Positions 20,224 through 26,345 of a DNA stretch of 33,139 nt are shown piece after piece. The stretch is taken from sequence record SRR22947727_3624; one strand, given 5' to 3'. The position numbers and the translations under genes are program-made. Within the stretch, counting starts at the first letter, position 1; each line of letters starts with the position of its first letter. The notes under the pieces are model-generated. The model had not been told where the DNA came from. It saw only the letters and a list, made by a program, of their open reading frames with translations, and searched no databases.

Positions 20224-21495
20224 GTGAATACCAAATTTACAATGGACGAAGGCAGTATTCTCGTCACCGGTGTTGGACAAGCGGGCAGTCAAATGGCCGC
20301 CGCGTTTTGGGCACAGTTATGCCGCGATCATCAAATCATTCCCGAAACCGGTCGTTCAGACGCTGAACCGACCGGTCACTGGCAGAAACTCTTCACCGCG
20401 GTTGGAACGGGCTCAGAAACGCACTACGTGCCTCGTTGCCTATTCCTGGATTCCGATCCCCGGGCGGCAGATGACTTGAAGCGAACTTGGAGCGAGCTGT
20501 TCAATCCGGCAAATTTCGTAACCGGCGTTGAATCGAGCGGAAACAATTTCGCTGTGGCCGTTCGAGAAGTGGGCGATCGCTTGAATTCCGATATCCGTGC
20601 TGTTTTGGACCGCGAGTTCCAGAAAACTCCCGCACCTACGGCATTTATTGTATTTCAAGGATACGGCGGTGGATCCGGCTCCGGGCTTGCCGCTGGGCTC
20701 TTCGAGATTTTGAAGGACTATGCCCCGGCAGCCCCGATAATGACCGTAGGCGTCCTTCCGTCCACTTCTGTCTCTTCGCCGGTAACGGAACCTTACAACG
20801 CCGTATTCGGCATCGAGGCGGCTCTAAAACATATTTCTCTCGGACTTGTTTTCCACAACGATATTCTGCTGCAATTAGCGGCCTCTCACTGGGAAATCGA
20901 ACATCCCAGCATTCCGCACATCAACAAATTGATTGCAGATATTGTGCTGGCTATGACCGGCTCAATTCGATTCAGTGGCGATGAAAATCCGGCGAACTCG
21001 CTGGCCGATGTTATCCACGATTTGGCCCCTCACCCTGATTTCCCGCTGGCAACCGGAGCGATTTTCCCACTTCAGTCGATTTTGCGAAAAAACGCGTCGG
21101 TCAGAACTTCAGGGCAGATTTTGAATCAAGTCCTCGAGAAAAACCTCGATCTCTGTCCGTGTGCCGATGGAAAAATCCTCAGCCTCGGCATTTACGGAAA
21201 AAATCGGGCGGGCTTGCAAGTACTTCGGAAAAACGAAAAGGATAATGAAACTGCGATTCCCCACTTCGCCCGCGTGCATTTGAGCACCGAACCGTCACCG
21301 CATTCAGCAATTTGCGTTCTGGTAAACAGTTCATCGATAGGAAGTTGGCTGCAGGAATTGTGCGAACGATTCGATCAACTTTGGAGCCGTCGCGCCTTCG
21401 CCAATTGGTATTTGGAGGCTGAAATGACTGAATACGACATCGAAACACGCCGCCGCGAAGTTGGATTCCGTGCCGAGCGCTATCAAGATATTTGA
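20224..21495 (+). CDS. btubA: Divergent bacterial tubulin, BtubA-like
   Basis: Tubulin motifs VGQAGSQ...FW, YVPRCLFLDSDP, LFNPANF, GNNFA, GGGSGSG (20665-20685), VSSPVTEPYN, RFSG and FDQLWSRRAFANWYL. LFNPAN, NFAV, W.IE.P, RFSG and AFANWYL match Prosthecobacter BtubA as recalled. Start is GTG 20224 or ATG 20242. Orthology to canonical btubA versus paralogy is uncertain. Confidence 0.88.
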   Translation: MNTKFTMDEGSILVTGVGQAGSQMAAAFWAQLCRDHQIIPETGRSDAEPTGHWQKLFTAVGTGSETHYVPRCLFLDSDPRAADDLKRTWSELFNPANFVTGVESSGNNFAVAVREVGDRLNSDIRAVLDREFQKTPAPTAFIVFQGYGGGSGSGLAAGLFEILKDYAPAAPIMTVGVLPSTSVSSPVTEPYNAVFGIEAALKHISLGLVFHNDILLQLAASHWEIEHPSIPHINKLIADIVLAMTGSIRFSGDENPANSLADVIHDLAPHPDFPLATGAIFPLQSILRKNASVRTSGQILNQVLEKNLDLCPCADGKILSLGIYGKNRAGLQVLRKNEKDNETAIPHFARVHLSTEPSPHSAICVLVNSSSIGSWLQELCERFDQLWSRRAFANWYLEAEMTEYDIETRRREVGFRAERYQDI

Positions 21496-21684
21496 GTATT
21501 AAGAACCTGAAAATTAGTGAGCATGAATATTAACTTGGAAAACACTGAAACGCTTGATAGTTGGAGCCCCGACGCTGAGCTTAGATTGTTGGGAGATCCT
21601 GAAAAATTGAATCCGCACCATGTTCCCGGTTCGCTGCCTTCAGTCCTTGTCACAATCAAACAGGGTTCAATCGAATCAACGCGA

Positions 21685-21727
21685 CGATCGAACAGGGGTG
21701 GTTCGGTGAACATCCTCAATCCGATCG
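21685..21727. repeat. Degenerate REP-like repeat inside the tubulin locus
   Basis: cgatcgaacaggggtggttcggtgaac is nearly identical to cgatcgaacagggtctgttcgatgaat at 31228-31254. A further partial arm lies at 21655-21667. Confidence 0.6.
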
Positions 21728-21859
21728 GAACACAGTTGAAACCAAGGCGTGATGACATTTCGCATTCGTTCAATTTTGACTCTCGTTAATTAAAATAATC
21801 ACGAAATTTATAGAAAGCCTCGTAATATCCTGTCTATTCTACTCTTTCTAAGTCCGCAT

Positions 21860-23165
21860 ATGCCTAATCTCGAGCCCTTTGGCGATTTCCTTGTTTGCCA
21901 AAACAAGGACCGGAACCCGATTTCGCTCCGCAGAGTGTCTGAAGAAGTCGTGTGCCTTGGATTTGACCCTTAAAACCAATCGCTTTGTCGAACTGCACGT
22001 TATTAGCAGATGGAGGGAAATGGCAAATTGTCATTTTTGGAACGTGCCTGGAATGCAGGAACGATCCATAACCATTGTTTTCAGAAAATCCTGGCGGCAG
22101 CGGACGACGACGGGATTTTCTTTTACGCAACCGACATCAACGAAGGCGAGTTTCTGACGGACTACATTGTAAGGAACGACCCGGTGGAACCGCACACTGC
22201 CCTGGCCTTGTCTCTAGATCTTATAGACAGTTTAGTTGAGGTCGAGCCTCACTATCGCTTATTGCTTGGATTGCAGTTGGAGAATCTCATGGTTGTTTTG
22301 GAAAAATCAGCTTATCTGACTCTTCGAATTATCGATCTAGGATTGGGTCGTCCGGAGCCTCGCGGGATGAACGATTTTGAAACTATCGACCTTTTGGCTG
22401 ATGTTTCCCGTCAGCTTTATTATTTGTTGGCGGGTCGGCCTTACGCGGTTGGGCAGCAAGGCCAAAGTGGAAGCTCTTAAGAACGTGGATCCTGCTGTGA
22501 TTAAACTGCTCTCTGACACCATTGAACCTGAAACGGGCTCCGTGGACACTTTTGAGCGTTATCAGGAATTATTAGAGTCTGCATACAATAAAGGGACAAA
22601 AGATCTTCCGCGACGTTCAGCAATCGCCGCAACTCCAAAAACGCGACCTCGGTTAACGATGCAACGCGAAGTGTTCGATCGAGTGGGCGCGAACGATCAA
22701 CTCAACTCGGCCTCGTTTGATCTCGAACCCAGTGTTGGCGTTTTTGAATGTCCCTACGCATTGAATGCAGTTCGTAAGGGAAATTGAGAACGGGGTCGGC
22801 TTCCATGGATTCCACCTCGTGGCATTATTCCGAGCCCACCTCAGGAAGAAGGGCTGATTCTTCTCAACGGATCTTACTATCGCTTTCTGACAACAACGAC
22901 GGGCGTGAGCTTTCAGGAATTTCTCATTCTGCGAAACCATCGCCCTTCATCGATCGATTCAATTCTGGTCCTCAACGGACTCGCCGGCAAGATTAACGGA
23001 GGCACTTTAAAGAACGAGGCCTTTTCATTCCACCAGGTTTGGTTCGAACTTCCCGGAAAAACAGGCGAAGAGATTCAGGACACTGCGAAGAAGAGTGTCG
23101 ATCAATGGCCTTCCGTAAACGTCAAAATCCTGCCGCCTTCTGAAACGTCAGTCTATCTACCCCCA
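21860..23165 (+). pseudogene. Fragmented Hanks-type Ser/Thr kinase-like (pseudokinase) gene
   Basis: Reconstruction starts at ATG 21860 with MPNLEPFGDFLVCQNKDRNPISLRRVSEEVVCLGFDP. A shift at ~21971 gives KTNRFVELHVI. A shift at ~22008 gives SFLERAWNAGTIHNHCFQKIL...DGIFFYATDINEGEFLTDYIVRNDPV...ENLMVV...RIIDLGLG...YYLLAGRPY. A shift at ~22452 leads into ORF 22377-22787. After an in-frame TGA at 22785 the frame stays open into ORF 22905. Confidence 0.72.
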
Positions 23166-24146
23166 CCCGCCGCAGCAAACAACTGGGCGCGCGGTTATCA
23201 CGTTGAAGGTGAGCGCATCATCGATCAGGTGATGAACGTCGTCGACGCAACGGTGGACAAAACTGAGTCGCTCCAGGGATTCATCATCACCCACAGTATC
23301 GGTGGCGGTTGCGGATCACTTATCGTTGAGAAACTTCGCGAAGCGTATCCGAAGAGGAAGATTTTCACATTCTCAGTGGCTCCATCTGCTTTGATTTCCG
23401 ATTCTGCGACTGAGGCCTACAACTCAATTCTTTCACTCCAGAAGCTGAAGGAAAATGCGGATGCAACGATCCTTCGCGATAGCGAAGCGCTCTTCCGTAT
23501 TGCTCAGTCAAAGCTGAAGCGTTCGCCGAATTACATGGATGTGAATCACATGACATCATTGATCATGTCCTCGGTCACCAGCTCACTCCGTTTTCATGGA
23601 ACACTGAACACTGACCTCGGCGAATGCCTTGTGAACCTTGTTCCATTCACCGGAGACCACTTCCTCACGGCATCTTTTGCACCGATGACTCCGACAAAAC
23701 CCGACGGCATTGTCCGGACCGAATTTGCGGATTTGGCAGCCGAGACCTTTTCGCGAAATAACTTCTCTGCCGAAATCGACTTTGATGCCGGTGTTTTTCT
23801 CTCAGCCTGTGCGCTGTTCCGTGGAGATATCAGTGCGAAATCTGTTGATGAAAAGGTGTCCGAAATTCGGAAGTCACTCAAATTTGCTTCTTACGTTCCC
23901 ACGGGAATCAAGATTGGTATTATCGACACCGCACCGGAAGGCTTTGGCTCAACCGGCTTGGCTTTGGTGAACCACACTGGAATTTCGCAGGTTTTCAAAC
24001 GTCGTGTCGAACAGTTCGACATCATATTCGAAAACGAAGCCTACACTCATTGGTATCAGAACAACTGCGTGAGCCTTGAACGACTTGAGGAAGCGCGGAA
24101 TGTGGTTGCAGATTTGGCGAAATCTTACGATGATGGTGCTGCGTAA
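22905..24146 (+). pseudogene. btubB: 5'-truncated bacterial tubulin B fused in frame to non-tubulin sequence (open 413-aa ORF, probably decaying)
   Basis: From ~23169 it reads AANNWARGYHVEGERIIDQVMNVVD, LQGFIITHSIGGG, SPNYMD, LNTDL, HFLTASFAPM, LFRGD, TAPEGF, GLALVNHTGI and AYTHWY, closely matching BtubB as recalled. It lacks the N-terminal GQCGNQ/PRAVLVDLEP region, and the signature is reduced to GGGCGS. Confidence 0.9.
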
Positions 24147-24273
24147 GTGACTGCCCCTCACCTGCAGTTCCCAACTTGGCGGGCTCCATCTCAACGATAT
24201 TTTCTCAACCAGGCATTGTGAGACTCAGGCATTAAGGACCTTCATTACCCGGAAATTCCAGCCAAGAGTTTTT

Positions 24274-25074
24274 TTGAGAAATACAGAAACAGACCTTCCG
24301 ATAGAAAAGCAAATTACAGGAGCATCTCGCGATGTTGACCGTTTGCGGCGCCTATCATACAGCGATCACCGATTCCTTCCCGATTTGGTGGACGCGTTAT
24401 GCGAACTCGCAAAATTCCGTTCCAGAATCGGAGAACCGGGTCGTTCCGAGCGTCTTTACAGCGAGGCACTGGTCCACTGTAAAGAATCCGATATCGAAGT
24501 AGCTCCAGAGCTGCTTTTCCGGATTCATTCGCTCATGGCGTGTCACTTCGACAATAGTGAGCGGAATGAGAAAGCTGTCGAGCATTACGAAGAATCTCTC
24601 CGACTCGCTGAAGAAGCGAATCTCCTTGAACCAATCCAGGTGGCCGTCGTTCACAACAATTTGGCGATGCTTTACAAACGGACATCCCGTCCGGAAGCAG
24701 CGGAGAAAAGTTATCTAAGCGCCCTAAACAAATTTCAAAAGGGACTCGACAGGAATAACAAAGACGATGCTCGTGTTGCCTCCGTCTACAATAATTTGGG
24801 AGTTCTCTATTATTCAAAGCACGATTTTGATCGCGCCTGCGAGTTTCATTCTGAAGCGTTGACGATTCGTCAGAAGCTTTTTGGGGAGAATGGTCATCAT
24901 TACGATCTTGGTCAGTCTTACAACAATCTAGCCGCCGTCCACAAAGCGATGGGTAACTACGAAATGGCTGCTGATTATTTCAGCAAAGTCGAAAAGCTTG
25001 GTGACATCGCCGATCCGACCGTGCAAAGCGGGATTGATCCTGAGTCAGGCGTGGGTGAAGTTGTGACTGAGTGA
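24274..25074 (+). CDS. btubC: BtubC / bacterial kinesin light chain-like TPR protein
   Basis: KLC-type TPRs NNLAMLYK, ARVASVYNNLGVLYYS, ALTIRQKL and DLGQSYNNLAAVHKAMG. The N-terminal IEKQITGASRDVDRLRRLSYSD resembles BtubC as recalled. It lies directly downstream of btubB, as in the canonical operon. TTG start uncertain. Confidence 0.88.
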   Translation: MRNTETDLPIEKQITGASRDVDRLRRLSYSDHRFLPDLVDALCELAKFRSRIGEPGRSERLYSEALVHCKESDIEVAPELLFRIHSLMACHFDNSERNEKAVEHYEESLRLAEEANLLEPIQVAVVHNNLAMLYKRTSRPEAAEKSYLSALNKFQKGLDRNNKDDARVASVYNNLGVLYYSKHDFDRACEFHSEALTIRQKLFGENGHHYDLGQSYNNLAAVHKAMGNYEMAADYFSKVEKLGDIADPTVQSGIDPESGVGEVVTE

Positions 25075-25202
25075 GGTTGTTCGACTCAGCGAAAGCGATG
25101 AGCGAACAGTTGTGTCCGTTTGATTTTGAGATTCAATTTTGACCCGAAAAAGAAGCGTGACCCCTGCCCGTTTTCGTGCAGATTCCACTTCGGAAATCTC
25201 CT

Positions 25203-26213
25203 ATGCCACTTCTCGCCGAAACCAGTTTCGTATTTGCCAACCCGTGGGCGTTTCTGCTCCTTGGGCTGATTCCGCTGTTGCTCGTTTTAAAAGGCAAAAA
25301 AGGCCAACAAGGCGCGGTTGTATTTTCGTCGCTGCATATTCTGAACCGACTCGGGCCGATGACTCGTTCCCGCGCAGGCGGTTTTCGAATCGCGCTGATG
25401 ATGCTGGCACTTGGATTCGGAATTCTTGCACTGACGCGACCGCAATGGGTCGATAAAAAAACTAAAACGACCGAAAGCGGAATCGAGCTGATTCTCGCCA
25501 TCGATGTTTCACGCTCAATGCAGGTCGAGGATTTTGAGATCGGTGGTGCAAAAGCAAACCGGCTTCAGGCTGCGAAGAAAGTAACGCGCGAGTTCATTCG
25601 CGGCCGTAAATCAGATCGGATCGGCCTACTTGCGTTTGCAGGGCGACCGTATTTAGCAAGTCCCCTCACTGTTTCTCACGATTGGCTCGAAGGCCCCAAT
25701 GGATTGGGCCGTGTTCGCATCGGTTTGGTTGAAGACGGGACTGCCATCGGATCTGCTATCGCCGCTGCCGCAAAACGACTCGATAAGCGCCCTGCCAAAT
25801 CCAAGGTGGTCGTACTTTTGACTGATGGCGTGAACAACTCAGGAAAGCTCTCACCGATCGAAGCCGCCAAACTCGCCAAAACACTCGGGATTAAAATCTA
25901 CACCATCGCCGTGGGAACGTATGGTGATTACACCGTGCAAACCCCGCGCGGCCCACAGATGCTGCGTCAGGAATTCGACGAAGAAACGCTCCAGCAAATT
26001 GCTTCGATTGCAGATGGCGATTATTTCCGGGCTCAAGACACCAGCGGATTAGAAACCATTTTCAGCCAAATCGATAAGTTGGAGAAAACGGAGGTAAAGA
26101 CTCGCACGACCGTTACCGCGGACGAACTGTTCTATTGGCCTGCATTTATTGCCTTTCTCTTTGGCCTGCTGTCATTGATCGGCGGCGAAACATTCTGGCG
26201 ACGGTTTCCATAA
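25203..26213 (+). CDS. batA: vWA domain protein, BatA-like
   Basis: N-terminal FANPWAFLLL (BatA N-domain), ALTRPQW, MIDAS DVSRSM, DRIGLLAFAG, DGTAIGSAI, LLTDGVNNSG and C-terminal TM. Start is 25203 or 25176. Confidence 0.88.
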   Translation: MPLLAETSFVFANPWAFLLLGLIPLLLVLKGKKGQQGAVVFSSLHILNRLGPMTRSRAGGFRIALMMLALGFGILALTRPQWVDKKTKTTESGIELILAIDVSRSMQVEDFEIGGAKANRLQAAKKVTREFIRGRKSDRIGLLAFAGRPYLASPLTVSHDWLEGPNGLGRVRIGLVEDGTAIGSAIAAAAKRLDKRPAKSKVVVLLTDGVNNSGKLSPIEAAKLAKTLGIKIYTIAVGTYGDYTVQTPRGPQMLRQEFDEETLQQIASIADGDYFRAQDTSGLETIFSQIDKLEKTEVKTRTTVTADELFYWPAFIAFLFGLLSLIGGETFWRRFP

Positions 26214-26221
26214 CCAAGGAG

Positions 26222-26241
26222 CGGCGCCTCTCCAGGCGCCG
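26222..26241. terminator. GC-rich hairpin downstream of batA (possible terminator or mRNA-stabilising stem)
   Basis: cggcgcct-ctcc-aggcgccg forms a perfect 8-bp stem. There is no U-tract. Confidence 0.35.
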
Positions 26242-26255
26242 ACGAAGAATCCCTA

Positions 26256-26295
26256 ACCAATAGTATCCGTTCGATGAACAAACCCTATCGGATCG
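26256..26295. repeat. REP-like palindromic repeat
   Basis: accaatagtatccgttcgatgaacaaaccctatcggatcg belongs to the same family. Confidence 0.72.
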
Positions 26296-26345
26296 TAACG
26301 CTTGATTTAATGGCGCGATGACTGAATCCTAAGCGTGTCCGTTCC

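Noticed and set aside
21517-21789. 90-aa ORF as a genuine tubulin accessory protein
   Set aside because: It has no recognisable motif, and part of it is a REP-like repeat. It is not listed as a CDS, although it is not fully excluded.
2809-22787. Stop-codon recoding (TAG 2809, TAA 21971, TGA 22785) or programmed frameshifting
   Set aside because: All three stop codons terminate normal genes in this window, and the lesions are heterogeneous and co-occur with indels. Pseudogenisation is the simpler explanation.
20224-24146. FtsZ, TubZ/PhuZ, or eukaryotic tubulin contamination
   Set aside because: The motifs (PR..F.D, EPYN, AF.NWY, ANNWARGY) are tubulin-type and Btub-specific rather than FtsZ. 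The genes are intronless, followed by btubC and embedded among bacterial genes carrying the host's own repeats.
19218-25130. Tubulin locus as a prophage, ICE or composite transposon
   Set aside because: No integrase, transposase, phage genes, tRNA target or flanking direct repeats were seen.
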